A stretch of DNA of 64,000 nucleotides from Patescibacteria group bacterium (GCA_027858235.1 JAQIDC010000072.1:9499-73498); one strand, 5' to 3'; counted from the first letter of the stretch, positions 40,802 to 51,328 are shown. Numbers and translations: made by a program. Notes: generated by a model from the letters alone, not told the origin.

Positions 40802-41602
40802 TTAATACATTTGGCTATCAATTATTCCCAGAGGGATTTTAGGAGTATTCTCAAGACTTTCATGTCCTTTGAAAAACTTAGCAAGATGAAAGTTCGTCAG
40901 ATTAGTTGTTAAGTGATTAACAATAATAACATTATCACCCAAAAACCTCTCTCTAATCAGTGTACCATGAGTTACATACAAACTCATGCCATGTGCAGCT
41001 GCTTCACGCAACTCATCTCTAGAGAGCGCTCGTCCTCGAAAAAGTTTTGCCAGCTCAGCTCTCTCAGCTACAAATGAATTGAACTTTGAACTGAAATCAC
41101 TATGCTCTGCAGCAGCTAATATATTTCTAGCTACCTCTTCCTGATGAAACAAATAATCAATCTCTGAATAAAACTGACTAAAGGTCATTACACCGCATTT
41201 CCTCGTAGCCATTTTCTCTATATTTATTACTGAGTGACAACACCTTCTGATATATTCCTCCTTACTTCCCGCTACCCTTTCAAAAAATTCTTTTTGAGCA
41301 TCAACCAGTTCTGGTAAATCAGCGACCAAAATCGTCCAATCGACCTCGAGTCCAATCTCACTGAGACTATCCAGAAAACCAGGTACTGCACGCAAATGTC
41401 TAATAGCTGTCAGACTCGCACTCTCCCCTAGGTCCCCATTAAAAACATATTTCTCTCCATCATGGGGATAATCTGGACATACCGTAGAAACAACACGTAC
41501 TCTCCCGTTCATCTTTCTTATTCTTCTCTCATCTTTTCTTGAGAAATATATTGGTAATCCGAACTCACTAAATGCACTGTAGTTATCAAGATTAATCTTC
41601 AT
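40802..41602 (-). CDS. uncharacterised 266-aa protein under T-box control
   Basis: ORF with AGAGGAG RBS, directly downstream of the T-box terminator. Visibly less AT-rich than its neighbours. I cannot assign 'VVSTVCPDYPHDG' or the other blocks to any family. Confidence 0.6.
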   Translation of the reverse strand: MKINLDNYSAFSEFGLPIYFSRKDERRIRKMNGRVRVVSTVCPDYPHDGEKYVFNGDLGESASLTAIRHLRAVPGFLDSLSEIGLEVDWTILVADLPELVDAQKEFFERVAGSKEEYIRRCCHSVINIEKMATRKCGVMTFSQFYSEIDYLFHQEEVARNILAAAEHSDFSSKFNSFVAERAELAKLFRGRALSRDELREAAAHGMSLYVTHGTLIRERFLGDNVIIVNHLTTNLTNFHLAKFFKGHESLENTPKIPLGIIDSQMY

Positions 41603-41643
41603 AGCTAACTCCTCTCTTGGTTAGTATTGATAGTTTAAAAGAA

Positions 41644-41702
41644 CAAAAAAATCCCTCATCTCTTTGCCAATTACAAAAGTAATTGACAAAAGGACGAGGG
41701 AT
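41644..41702 (-). terminator. T-box terminator hairpin
   Basis: Minus strand: AUCCCUCGUCCUUUUGUCAAUUAC-UUUU-GUAAUUGGCAAAGAGAUGAGGGAU (~22 bp) followed by U7. Its 5' arm overlaps the 3' arm of the antiterminator. Confidence 0.8.
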
Positions 41703-41905
41703 CAAGACCACCCGCGGTACCACCTTTATTATTTTGAATCAAACTAACGAATTAAAAAATCCGTCAGTAAAACGGATTCAAAATCACTTTTACTGACTCA
41801 TGACCTTCATATGAAGCGACATCAGATATCCCATGATTACGGAGGAAACCGAGCTTTCACTAACGCAAAAGCCATCCTGCAAAATTTGCCAACTAGTCCC
41901 AACCC
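41644..41905 (-). promoter_or_regulatory. T-box riboswitch leader
   Basis: Reverse complement of 41711..41727 = AAAGGUGGUACCGCGGG (T-box core). Antiterminator: AAAGG/CCUUU helix, 7-nt bulge UGGUACC, GCGGG/CUCGU helix. 'AGUGAAAGCU' (rc 41852..41861) resembles the Stem I distal-loop motif, and 'CCGUUUUAC' is F-box-like. Confidence 0.8.
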
Positions 41906-41962
41906 CCGGCAAACCCGAGGAACTAATTATGGATTTTCTAATTTTTAATTAACTAAAAATAG

Positions 41963-41989
41963 ATTATCATTATATCAATTTTTTGTCAA
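41963..41989 (-). promoter_or_regulatory. possible promoter of the T-box leader
   Basis: Minus strand TTGACA (rc 41984..41989), 15 nt, GATAAT (rc 41963..41968). The spacing is suboptimal. Confidence 0.3.
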
Positions 41990-42043
41990 AAACTGGACTA
42001 CTATATTTAAAAGTCTTAATTCAAAATCTTTCCTCAATCATTC

Positions 42044-43405
42044 CTAATAACGTGCTGTAAACAATCCCCCAACTGAATTACTTTCTTTATTGTTTTGTAA
42101 AAATGATTGTTGCATTTTCTTTACAGCAATCTTACCAAGCTCGCTGTATTCTTTCAAATCTTTTTTGGAATTTTTAATCAATTTTTTATTAAAATCAATG
42201 GCCTTGTCATTAACTTTTAAGGCTTGGTCGTTGATGCCAACTAGTTTTATTCCATCAAGTGAACGAACACGAGAAAGAGCAACGTAGCCCATTCCGTATT
42301 CAAAGGTTTTACTTAGGTCAATTTCGGCACAATCCAAACTCATTCCTTGACTCTTGTGAATAGTTATAGCCCAGGCCAAACGCAGGGGAACTTGGCTAAC
42401 AGAGGCAACAGTCTCTCCCCCTTCTTCAATTATCCATTTCTCCTGAAAAGCGGTAATAAGATCGCCAGAAAAAGTTTCAATAATGGGGTAGTGATTATCA
42501 TCATCAAAGCCGACAACACGACCCAGAGTACCATTTACAAATTTTTTGACAAAATTATTTTTAACAAACATCACCACTGCTCCAAGTTTCAATTTTAAAG
42601 CTTCAGGAGCAAGGCAGTATCCATTTTTTAAACTCTCGACCAAATATGGAACGCCTTCTGAATGCATCTCGTAAATATATCCGTCCTCCTCTAGTTTATC
42701 CAACTCAATATTATTGTGTGTATCAACATTTATATTGTGGGTGTGAAGTATTGTTGGTTTAATTTTTGATTTAATTTCTTTGTTCAATCTTCCCTGTAAT
42801 AACTCGTGAGTTTTTAGGTTAGCGGTATTGTTTCTAATATCGCTAAGCACACTTAAAAACTTTTTATCTTCCTGTCTATGCTGTTCTTCGAGATAACATA
42901 TTTTCAAATCCATATTTTTCCAAATTTTTGATTCCGTGACAAATCTATCGTCTTCCTTGCCTCTAGACACCGGGGGAAGTTGAAAAAAATCTCCACATAA
43001 AACAACTTGCATGCCACCAAATGGTCTCAAATCTTGTTTAAATACTTTGCAAACTTGGTCAATCAAGTCGAGTCTATTAGCATTCAGCATTGATATCTCA
43101 TCAATAATCAAAACCTTAGCGGGAATAATTCTAGAAGACAGATTATCTTTTTCTTTTAAACCTTTTAGCTGTGAATCTGTAAGTTTTTCATTTATCCCAA
43201 TTCCACACCATGAATGAATTGTCCGACCATTGATGTGTGAGGCCGCAATGCCAGTTGAGGCTGTTACTGAAACTTTAATTTTGTTCTTCTTTAAATATTC
43301 AATGTATTTATTTAACAAAAAAGTCTTACCAGACCCAGCTGGACCAGTAAGAAAAACATTGTTCCCCTGTTTTAAAATGTCGATAGCATCCTTTTGTTTC
43401 ATCAT
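42044..43405 (-). CDS. PIF1/RecD-like SF1B helicase
   Basis: Walker A 'GPAGSGKTFLL', 'LIIDEISML', and a C-terminal 'AITIHKSQGMSLD' block. Confidence 0.8.
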   Translation of the reverse strand: MMKQKDAIDILKQGNNVFLTGPAGSGKTFLLNKYIEYLKKNKIKVSVTASTGIAASHINGRTIHSWCGIGINEKLTDSQLKGLKEKDNLSSRIIPAKVLIIDEISMLNANRLDLIDQVCKVFKQDLRPFGGMQVVLCGDFFQLPPVSRGKEDDRFVTESKIWKNMDLKICYLEEQHRQEDKKFLSVLSDIRNNTANLKTHELLQGRLNKEIKSKIKPTILHTHNINVDTHNNIELDKLEEDGYIYEMHSEGVPYLVESLKNGYCLAPEALKLKLGAVVMFVKNNFVKKFVNGTLGRVVGFDDDNHYPIIETFSGDLITAFQEKWIIEEGGETVASVSQVPLRLAWAITIHKSQGMSLDCAEIDLSKTFEYGMGYVALSRVRSLDGIKLVGINDQALKVNDKAIDFNKKLIKNSKKDLKEYSELGKIAVKKMQQSFLQNNKESNSVGGLFTARY

Positions 43406-43457
43406 TCAAATATATTTATGTCAATATTAATCAACCATAAAAGGCTCAATTCTAAAT

Positions 43458-45014
43458 CTAGACCGAGAAAATTGTTCTTTCTAATTCATCTCTGATTTCA
43501 AAACTTTTAGTCTCCAAATCAGCTTTTAGACTCAAGCTTTTCCCGTTTTTTCTCCAAGTGATGCCAATAATATTTTCAGACGTATTGTCTAATTTATATT
43601 TTCCTCTAAACACTGGGTTCGAATTCCTTAATTTACAAAGCTTAAATAATTTCTTCACCACTTCTCTTTCTTTTTCCTGTTCTATCTCAGCTAAAGTATA
43701 ATAGTGGCGGTTCACATCTCGGCCATTTTTTGTTTTATTTAAAAGCTTTTTGTCATTAGCCCCGACAAAAAGTCCTACATAATAAATTTGTGGGATGCCC
43801 GGCAAAAACAACTGGATAGCACGAGCTAGCAGATAGGCTTTATCATTTTTATCCAATGCGCTGTAATAAGTGCAATTAATCTGATAAACATCAACATTCA
43901 CAGAACTACTGCCAGATGCTCGCGTGGCTGCGTTACCACCGTTTCGATAGACTTGATCTGTGGTCTTTTGAATTTCTTCTGGCGGTAATAAGTCTTCCAC
44001 ATCAACTACACCAATACCGTCATGTGTATCTAGGTTCGAGATACTGTTCTGCGGTCTAATCTTAAACCAATTTTTCAGATACTGCCCCCGTCCGCTAAAT
44101 AGTGCATTCAGCATTAAAAAAGGTAGAGCAAAATCATAAACATAATCCACCCCATTCAAATGAGCTAGTGAGATTTGTGTTTTGTAGTGAAAATGAACTT
44201 CTGGCACAACCTTCATACCATGATGATGAGCATGTCGAGCCAACCATTTAATAAAAATATAGGTTCTCGGTATCAAAAAACTATTTGTACTCCTTTGTTT
44301 GCCAGCATAAGCAACTGCATCCAGACGCAAATATTTCACTCCCAGAGTTTCCAAAAACCGAATGTCCCGACGGAATTTACGACGGACCGCCAAGCTTTTA
44401 ATATTCAAATCAATCTGTTCGGGAGAAAAAGTGCACCAAAGGTAGCGTTTACTACCATCAGCACGGATGAATTTCACAAAAGGAGAACCAGGACGTGGAC
44501 GATAAATCTTTTTCAATATCAAACGGTTTACACCTTGCTCATGAAAAATGAAATCCAGGTTTCGCATAATTGTCACAATCTGACCAATGCTAAAATAGAA
44601 AAACCGACCTAATTTCGATTTCGGTCTTTTGTACCAACGCCGGGAAAAATATCTAGCATTGATAAAAAAATTATGATACTTGGACCTATCCCCTTTGGCC
44701 AAATAATCTTGAAAATATTTTGATTCTTTGGAAACATGATTAACAATCAAATCAGCCATGAGATTGTAATCAGCACTGATAGCAGAAAGATCCTCAACTC
44801 GTCCGAAAGCTGGATCAATCTTTCTATGCGTCAAAGGCGCAAAACCTCTATCCCCAGAGGATGGATAAAAAGGCAAAATATGAACACCTTTCACCACACT
44901 TTTAAGATGAGTATCTAGAACGTATTTCAAGTCATTCAAATTATTACCCAATGAGTCTGCGTAAGTAATTAACTGTACGCCCGAATTTTCTTTATATTCA
45001 ATGTTATCTTTCAT
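43458..45014 (-). CDS. GH13 sucrose-phosphorylase-like glycoside phosphorylase
   Basis: 'VQLITYADSLG...GVHILPFYPSSGDRGFAP', 'DLIVNHVS', 'YLRLDAVAYA' (nucleophile Asp), 'VPEVH'. Confidence 0.75.
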   Translation of the reverse strand: MKDNIEYKENSGVQLITYADSLGNNLNDLKYVLDTHLKSVVKGVHILPFYPSSGDRGFAPLTHRKIDPAFGRVEDLSAISADYNLMADLIVNHVSKESKYFQDYLAKGDRSKYHNFFINARYFSRRWYKRPKSKLGRFFYFSIGQIVTIMRNLDFIFHEQGVNRLILKKIYRPRPGSPFVKFIRADGSKRYLWCTFSPEQIDLNIKSLAVRRKFRRDIRFLETLGVKYLRLDAVAYAGKQRSTNSFLIPRTYIFIKWLARHAHHHGMKVVPEVHFHYKTQISLAHLNGVDYVYDFALPFLMLNALFSGRGQYLKNWFKIRPQNSISNLDTHDGIGVVDVEDLLPPEEIQKTTDQVYRNGGNAATRASGSSSVNVDVYQINCTYYSALDKNDKAYLLARAIQLFLPGIPQIYYVGLFVGANDKKLLNKTKNGRDVNRHYYTLAEIEQEKEREVVKKLFKLCKLRNSNPVFRGKYKLDNTSENIIGITWRKNGKSLSLKADLETKSFEIRDELERTIFSV

Positions 45015-45134
45015 AATATCATTTTAACATATGTCAGATAATTTAAAAAACGCCACTCAATAAAGTGACGTAATCAAGTTTTTGATATTTTTTTAAAAAA
45101 TTATAGAAAAGAGAAAAGAAAGGCCTGTCCCCAA

Positions 45135-45455
45135 CTACTCGCAAAGAATATTAAATGCAGCAGTATAATAAGCTGGCTTCATCTTTATTTCAATTTCAGA
45201 AGCATTATTTATCATTTCCGCAATACTCACTCTTGAAGATTTTTTCAAAAGATCATAAGCATTCACATAGGTATCTGAAGATTTATTTACGGGATTCCCT
45301 TTTTTTAAGTTCACCATAAAATCAAACCTATCCCTAAACAATGTGTTTATTGCAGTTCTTTCGTCAAAACTTGAAAAATCAGGACTCTCTTCAGATTCCT
45401 TGATTGGTTCTTTTTTTTCTCTCCCACCACCTGGAAATTGTAATAATTCACCCAT
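45135..45455 (-). CDS. hypothetical protein
   Basis: 106-aa ORF. No motif recognised. Confidence 0.45.
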   Translation of the reverse strand: MGELLQFPGGGREKKEPIKESEESPDFSSFDERTAINTLFRDRFDFMVNLKKGNPVNKSSDTYVNAYDLLKKSSRVSIAEMINNASEIEIKMKPAYYTAAFNILCE

Positions 45456-45600
45456 TCTTATTATTTCAATTACTTATTATGATTTTTTCTTTATCTTTAG
45501 AATATCACATTCTACATTATATGAAATCCTTTGTTTTATTTCAATATAATAAATTATGAAAGACTGGAAGCTAGATCTGGCCCAGTTGCTACATAATTAT

Positions 45601-48498
45601 TTATATCTTTATATTTCTCGGACCAAACACAACGACGGACATTTTCTTTATATCTCCTGGCAAATAATTCTTAACAACTTTTTTTATCTTTGCCGGGTTA
45701 ACTCTAAAAATTGCGTCACGAAAGTTTTGCTTTATCTCAATATCATAACCAGCATATTCATCAAAATAGTCACTTTGAGCTTTTTCGGTTTTGGTTTTGG
45801 CTTTGTCAAGTTTTGAAATAGACATTATAATCGCCTCGGTCATCATTTCTTTACTTATGCTAAGGTCTAAAATATAATCACGAGCTCTAGCATAAGTTTT
45901 TAAAGTATTTTCGACGTTCGGGTCTCTATATGATCCAAAAGAAAAAATATTTTCAAAAATTGAGAACTCTGCAAAGCCTCCATAAGCTCCGCCTTTTTCT
46001 CTTATTTCATTGTGCAAAAAACCTCTTGCAAGCATTTTGGCCAAGACAAAGAAAGTCGCTTTTTGTTCAATGTTTATTTCAGGTATTTTAATTGATGCAG
46101 CCACGAAAGAAACCGCTGAAGGGACTTCTTTAGTTTCTTTCAAATTTTTCGAGCTAAAAACTTGTTTATCTTTTTCTATAAAGTTAACTTTGGGAAAATT
46201 ACTTAAGATCTCTTTTACATAATTATCAACTTTATCGTCCTCTTTATAACTAAAAATAACAAACTTCACCTTATTGCTTGATATAAAACTCTTGGCGATT
46301 TTTTCGAGTCTTAAAGATAGAGCTTTCAAGTTTTCTAGACTCAAATCCTTTGCCAATTCTTTCAAAAAATCCAACTGGCTAATACCATGTAGACGCTCAT
46401 TAGTCTCTGCCACTTCCCCCAAACTACTCTCTGCCCTGGTTATAGCATATGTATGGCCGCTACTTATAACTTGTGACTCAATCCCTGCTATTTTTTCTAG
46501 TAAAAATCTTTTTAGCAAGCTTGAGTTACTGAAATCAGTTTGCAAAATGATCTCCTCAAAAATTTCAAGCAACTTTGTTTTATTCACTTCAAGACTTTTC
46601 CCCTTAACCACGAAAGGGGAAACAAGATCACCTGTCGCTTTATTTGAAGTAATAGGAGTAGAAAAATTTATTCCGCCAGTATTAATTTCAAGATAATTAG
46701 CTAAATCTTTATACCCCCTCTTCTTTGTCCCCATTCTCGAAAAAAGATAGCAAAGTAATGGCAAATAGTTTTCTTCTTTTTTTTCAATTCCTTTAACGTC
46801 AAAAAGGCAGGAAAAATAAAACAAACCGTTTGTGTCAACTCTATATTTCACAAAATTTTCTGATATTCTTTTTGACTTCTCCAGTTTTTCAACAGTTTTA
46901 TCAATATCTTCAAGCTCAATAATAGGAAGAACATTTAACTCTTCTTTACTAGATTGTAGTATTTCTAAATTTTTTGCGAGATCTTTTATCTCTTTAATTT
47001 CCTTATTAGATAAACTCTTCCTAGCTTGATCTAACTGAAAATTTTCCTTTTTAATTAATTCCTCTTGCAACTCCTTGCTGGGTTTTAAAATAACTTGAGA
47101 GCAATGTTTATTTTTTAACAAATACTCATCTATTAAATTTTCGAAGAATCTACCTTTCTTTATTTCTTTTTTTAATTTTGCAATATTTTTTTCTTGTTCA
47201 ATTAAAGTTAAAGGATCACAAGAATGAATCCAGGGTGTAATCATATCAAGCCAAACATTTAAACCATGGGGATAAGGTAGGTTTGAAATATCTTTCCTGC
47301 TTATCTCTAATTTATGCATAGCCGCCTTAACTAAATCTTCTTCAATTCCCTTTTCTTTTATCCCCTCCAAAGTTTCATAGATCAAATTTTTCACTTTTGA
47401 AACATCTCCCTTTTTAATTTCTTTGAGACCAACACTAAAAAGTGTGTCTCTAAGTTCAGAATCATATCCAGTATTATCAGACATGTCATTACCAAGACCC
47501 GACTCAATCAAAGAATGTCTTAAGGGAGCAGCCGTATTTCCTATCAAAATATCAAACAATAGATTGGCAGACATTACACGATAAGTATCTTCTCCAGGAC
47601 AAATGAGCCAATTGACACAAGTTTGATATTTTTTGGATGCTTCTTCTTCTCGATCAACAGGAAATTCTATAGTTAATTTATTTTCTTCTTGGCGACGAGG
47701 TTCAAGAATAAATTCATTATTTTGTTCTTCTCTTTTAAAACGACTTAAAACATTTATTGAAACTTGTTCTAGAGTTTTTTTCAGTGGTAAATTTCCATAA
47801 CTAAAAAACCAAGCATTGCTGGGATGATAAAATTTCTTATGAAAAGCTTTTAAATCTTCGTATGCAAGATTAACAATTTTTACAGGTTCTCCTCCTGAAT
47901 TAACTCTATAACTTGATTTATCAAAAAGTGATTGTTTTATTGCTTCGGCCATGATGCGGTCTGGAGAGGACATTACGCCTTTCATCTCGTTAAAGACAAC
48001 TCCCTTGTGGACCAATCGCTTCCCTTCAAAATCATAACGCCACCCTTCTTGTCGAAAACTTAATTCGGAAATTTTTGGAAAAAAACTTGCATCAAGATAA
48101 ACTGATAAAAGATTATAAAAATCTTTTTTGTTTTGTGTAGAAAAAGGATAGGCTGTCCAATCCTCAGAAGTAAAAGCATTCATGAAGGTTTGCAAGCTCC
48201 TCTTAAGCATAGAGAAAAAAGGATCTCTTACGGGGTATTTTTCTGAACCAGTGAGGACGGTATGTTCAAGAATATGAGCCACACCAGTTGAATCTTCTGG
48301 CTTTGTTTTAAAAGTTACAGCAAAAGCATTGTTTTTATCATCTGCTTCCAAGTGAACATATCTCGCACCAGTTTCATTGTGTTCTAATTCATAAAAAATC
48401 ATTGAATCATTCTTAATATTTTCTATTCTTTTTACAGTCCAACCAAAATAACTTTTCTGAAGTTTAAGATTTTTATTTTTACTTTCTTTTTTTGTCAT
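45601..48498 (-). CDS. M16-family (pitrilysin/PreP-like) zinc metallopeptidase
   Basis: Inverted zinc motif 'HILEHTVLTGSEKYP' (HxxEH). ~965 aa, four-domain size typical of M16C. Confidence 0.85.
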   Translation of the reverse strand: MTKKESKNKNLKLQKSYFGWTVKRIENIKNDSMIFYELEHNETGARYVHLEADDKNNAFAVTFKTKPEDSTGVAHILEHTVLTGSEKYPVRDPFFSMLKRSLQTFMNAFTSEDWTAYPFSTQNKKDFYNLLSVYLDASFFPKISELSFRQEGWRYDFEGKRLVHKGVVFNEMKGVMSSPDRIMAEAIKQSLFDKSSYRVNSGGEPVKIVNLAYEDLKAFHKKFYHPSNAWFFSYGNLPLKKTLEQVSINVLSRFKREEQNNEFILEPRRQEENKLTIEFPVDREEEASKKYQTCVNWLICPGEDTYRVMSANLLFDILIGNTAAPLRHSLIESGLGNDMSDNTGYDSELRDTLFSVGLKEIKKGDVSKVKNLIYETLEGIKEKGIEEDLVKAAMHKLEISRKDISNLPYPHGLNVWLDMITPWIHSCDPLTLIEQEKNIAKLKKEIKKGRFFENLIDEYLLKNKHCSQVILKPSKELQEELIKKENFQLDQARKSLSNKEIKEIKDLAKNLEILQSSKEELNVLPIIELEDIDKTVEKLEKSKRISENFVKYRVDTNGLFYFSCLFDVKGIEKKEENYLPLLCYLFSRMGTKKRGYKDLANYLEINTGGINFSTPITSNKATGDLVSPFVVKGKSLEVNKTKLLEIFEEIILQTDFSNSSLLKRFLLEKIAGIESQVISSGHTYAITRAESSLGEVAETNERLHGISQLDFLKELAKDLSLENLKALSLRLEKIAKSFISSNKVKFVIFSYKEDDKVDNYVKEILSNFPKVNFIEKDKQVFSSKNLKETKEVPSAVSFVAASIKIPEINIEQKATFFVLAKMLARGFLHNEIREKGGAYGGFAEFSIFENIFSFGSYRDPNVENTLKTYARARDYILDLSISKEMMTEAIIMSISKLDKAKTKTEKAQSDYFDEYAGYDIEIKQNFRDAIFRVNPAKIKKVVKNYLPGDIKKMSVVVFGPRNIKI

Positions 48499-48574
48499 AT
48501 TTTGAAATTCATATTATTAAATGCTTATTTATTCAAGATTTGACCCCAATTTCCCACTACCGTAGTTTTAATTA

Positions 48575-49051
48575 TTAAACAAAAACATGAGAAACCCAAT
48601 GTCCAATATAATAAGTTGCAGCTATAACAAAAGTTGCAATAGTTAGGTGCTCTGAGATTATTTTCCAACATGGTGTTTTTGCTCCCTTCGATATACTATA
48701 ACTCAAATATCCAAGCAAGAAATATCCCCAAACAATATCAACAATAATGGCAGTTTTCATTTCAAAAAACATAAACGGAATTGCATAGGTAAGGGCAAAG
48801 AAGAATTTTGATAGTAATGTAAAAATAGTTAAAGCCCAAATCTCTTTTTCAGTGGAATTGTTTTTCGACTCTTCTGCAACGTGCACACCGAGAGAATCAG
48901 AAAAAGCGTCAGCTAAGGCAATAATTAAAATACCTCCAAAAACAACTGATTTAGAATTAGTACTTGAATACAGACCAATTATCAAGCCAAGAGTTGTAAT
49001 AGTAGCAGAAGTTAAACCAAAGCTCACCCCACTTTTAAAAATTTTTCTCAT
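48575..49051 (-). CDS. VIT1/CCC1-like membrane protein (TM part only)
   Basis: Five TM helices. 'ALADAFSDSLGVHVAEES' resembles VIT-family helix motifs. Confidence 0.55.
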   Translation of the reverse strand: MRKIFKSGVSFGLTSATITTLGLIIGLYSSTNSKSVVFGGILIIALADAFSDSLGVHVAEESKNNSTEKEIWALTIFTLLSKFFFALTYAIPFMFFEMKTAIIVDIVWGYFLLGYLSYSISKGAKTPCWKIISEHLTIATFVIAATYYIGHWVSHVFV

Positions 49052-49159
49052 ATATATTTTATTTCCGATAGTTATTTTACTATTTTGTTTTTGCTAATGC
49101 AGAGGGTAAGGTCTGACTTCGATTATTCCTATATTTTAATTATATCAAATATTAGTCCA

Positions 49160-51328
49160 TTACTCCACAAAAACATCTCTCGGTTTATTTTGAATACTTG
49201 GCCCGACCACTCCTTGTTTTTCTAAATTATCGAGTATCCTATTTGCTCTTGGATATCCTATTCCTAGTCTTGATTGAAGCATTGTTGCTGACGCTTTGCC
49301 GGAATCTAGAATCATCTTTCTTGCCTCCTCCATCATGACATCTCCTTCTTCATCTTCTCCTCCAAAATCAAAATCAGACTGCCCTTTCCCTTCGAATTCA
49401 ACTTCATAGTCAGCGACACCTGATTTCTTCTTTATATATCTAACCACTTCTTTTATTTCTGCTTTATCTATGTAAGTTCCTTGTATTCTCACCGGTTTGC
49501 TCATGGCAGAATTGATATACAACATATCACCATGACCGAGTAATTTTTCTGCTCCTGTATGCTCTAAAATAGTTTTTGAGTTAACTGACGATGTCACTGA
49601 AAAGGCCGCTCTAGCAGGTAAATTTGCCTTAATTAACCCTGATAATATATCAACTGATGGTCTTTGAGTGGCTAGGACCAAGTGAATTCCCGCTGCTCTA
49701 GACTTTTGACCAAGCCGGATTATCGCCCCTTCTGCCTCTTTTTTAGAAGTAGATAAAAGGTCACCAAGCTCATCAACCACAACCACCAAACACGGCATAC
49801 TGTCATTTGGTTTTCTTTTATTATAGTCAAGCATATTCTGACAACCCGCTTTGTTTATTATCGTTAGTCTCTTATCCATCTCTTCAACACACCATTGCAA
49901 AGCTCTTATCGCTCTTTTGTGTTCCGTGATAACTGGAGCTATGAGGTATGGAATTTTGTCATACATACTTAGCTCAACTTGTTTTTGATCTATCATGACA
50001 AACTTTAGGTCGTCAGGATTGTTTTGAAACATTAAACTAATTATAAGTGAATGCAAGAAAACGGACTTCCCAGATGCGGTCTGTCCAGCAATTAAAACAT
50101 GAGGCATCTTCACAAGATCATCAAGCCAAACCTTTCCAGTCACATCTCTACCCATAGGAATTATTGTATTTGATTTACGACTAGTAAATACTTTTGATTT
50201 TAAAACTTCCTTCAAACTGACTAATACTTTTGTTTGATTTGGTATTTCAAGACCAACAAAAGGCTTTCCTGGAATTGGAGCTTCGATACGAACTGGGTGG
50301 ACGGCTAGATTCATAGCCAAGTCATCTGCATAAAATTTTACCCTGCTAACAGATATTCCATTAGCTGGCTTGAAAGTGTATTGAGTAATAGTTGGCCCAA
50401 CGGTAACATCCCCCATATTTATAGGAATGCCAAAATCAGCCAAAGTTTGTTTTATAATTTCTTGATATCTAACAATATTTCCACTGGTTGGTTTTTTTGT
50501 TTTGCTTCTCAATAAGTCTAGCGGTATATTTATTTTTAAATTAGTTTTCTTCCAATTAAAATTCTTCTTATCCTTCTCATTCAAATCATGTGATGACGAT
50601 TCATCTGACAACTCAAAATTATTTTCAAGGGAATGCCCCTTGTCGTCTTCTTCAATATCATATTCTTTTATAACCGCTCCCTTGTCATCCTCAAACTCAA
50701 GATCATATCCATCATCCTCAATCCTCTCCACCTTTGTCATTCCGGGTTTAGCCCGGAACACAGAAACAAGGGGATAAAATATTATCCCAAAAAGAAAAAT
50801 TAGCATTCTAAACAAAATACTCCCCTCTCCAATAATATTTGAAAGACTAGTGTTGAGAATCAATATCAAAGATATCAATACCAAAGAAGAAAGAAGCACT
50901 GCACTCACAGGAGAACCGAGATAATCAATAAGTAGTGGCGAAATAGCTGAGCCTAAAATCCCTCCTCCTATTTCAGTATTCCAAAAATACAATAATCCAG
51001 AGATACTAATCAAAAACAGTCCAATCCCAAAAACATTAGCACCATCAAAATCATCGTCATCATTGCGAGCCAAAGCTATAACAGTTAAAAACAATAAAAC
51101 CGGAACACTCCATTTAGCATAACCAAAAAACACACCAAGATAGATACTAGCAAGACTACCTAATTCACCAGCCTTACCCAGATAACCAAACAAACACAAA
51201 AGACCAAGCAACAAAAAAAAGATCAAGAAAATCCCTTTCCTAGCACCACGAGAAAGACTCCAACTTGGAATAAACACCCCAAGAAGTCTTTTAAAAATAC
51301 TTTTTCTTTTTTTCTTTTTTTTAAACAT
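49160..51328 (-). CDS. ftsK: DNA translocase FtsK/SpoIIIE
   Basis: N-terminal TM helices. Motor domain 'LIAGQTASGKSVFL' (Walker A) and 'LVVVVDELGDL' (Walker B). C-terminal gamma wHTH 'ASATMLQSRLGIGYPRANRILDNLEKQGVV'. Confidence 0.93.
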   Translation of the reverse strand: MFKKKKKRKSIFKRLLGVFIPSWSLSRGARKGIFLIFFLLLGLLCLFGYLGKAGELGSLASIYLGVFFGYAKWSVPVLLFLTVIALARNDDDDFDGANVFGIGLFLISISGLLYFWNTEIGGGILGSAISPLLIDYLGSPVSAVLLSSLVLISLILILNTSLSNIIGEGSILFRMLIFLFGIIFYPLVSVFRAKPGMTKVERIEDDGYDLEFEDDKGAVIKEYDIEEDDKGHSLENNFELSDESSSHDLNEKDKKNFNWKKTNLKINIPLDLLRSKTKKPTSGNIVRYQEIIKQTLADFGIPINMGDVTVGPTITQYTFKPANGISVSRVKFYADDLAMNLAVHPVRIEAPIPGKPFVGLEIPNQTKVLVSLKEVLKSKVFTSRKSNTIIPMGRDVTGKVWLDDLVKMPHVLIAGQTASGKSVFLHSLIISLMFQNNPDDLKFVMIDQKQVELSMYDKIPYLIAPVITEHKRAIRALQWCVEEMDKRLTIINKAGCQNMLDYNKRKPNDSMPCLVVVVDELGDLLSTSKKEAEGAIIRLGQKSRAAGIHLVLATQRPSVDILSGLIKANLPARAAFSVTSSVNSKTILEHTGAEKLLGHGDMLYINSAMSKPVRIQGTYIDKAEIKEVVRYIKKKSGVADYEVEFEGKGQSDFDFGGEDEEGDVMMEEARKMILDSGKASATMLQSRLGIGYPRANRILDNLEKQGVVGPSIQNKPRDVFVE

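Noticed and set aside
41760-41800. UCC (Ser) in GAAUCCG as the T-box specifier, matching the tRNA-Ser(GGA) in this window
   Set aside because: The triplet lies in the F-box/Stem II region rather than in a Stem I specifier loop. The antiterminator bulge UGGU predicts an A73 tRNA, whereas tRNA-Ser here has G73.
45556-45816. 86-aa plus-strand ORF at the 3' end of the M16 peptidase gene
   Set aside because: It overlaps the peptidase coding region in antisense. It is low-complexity and has no RBS or motif.
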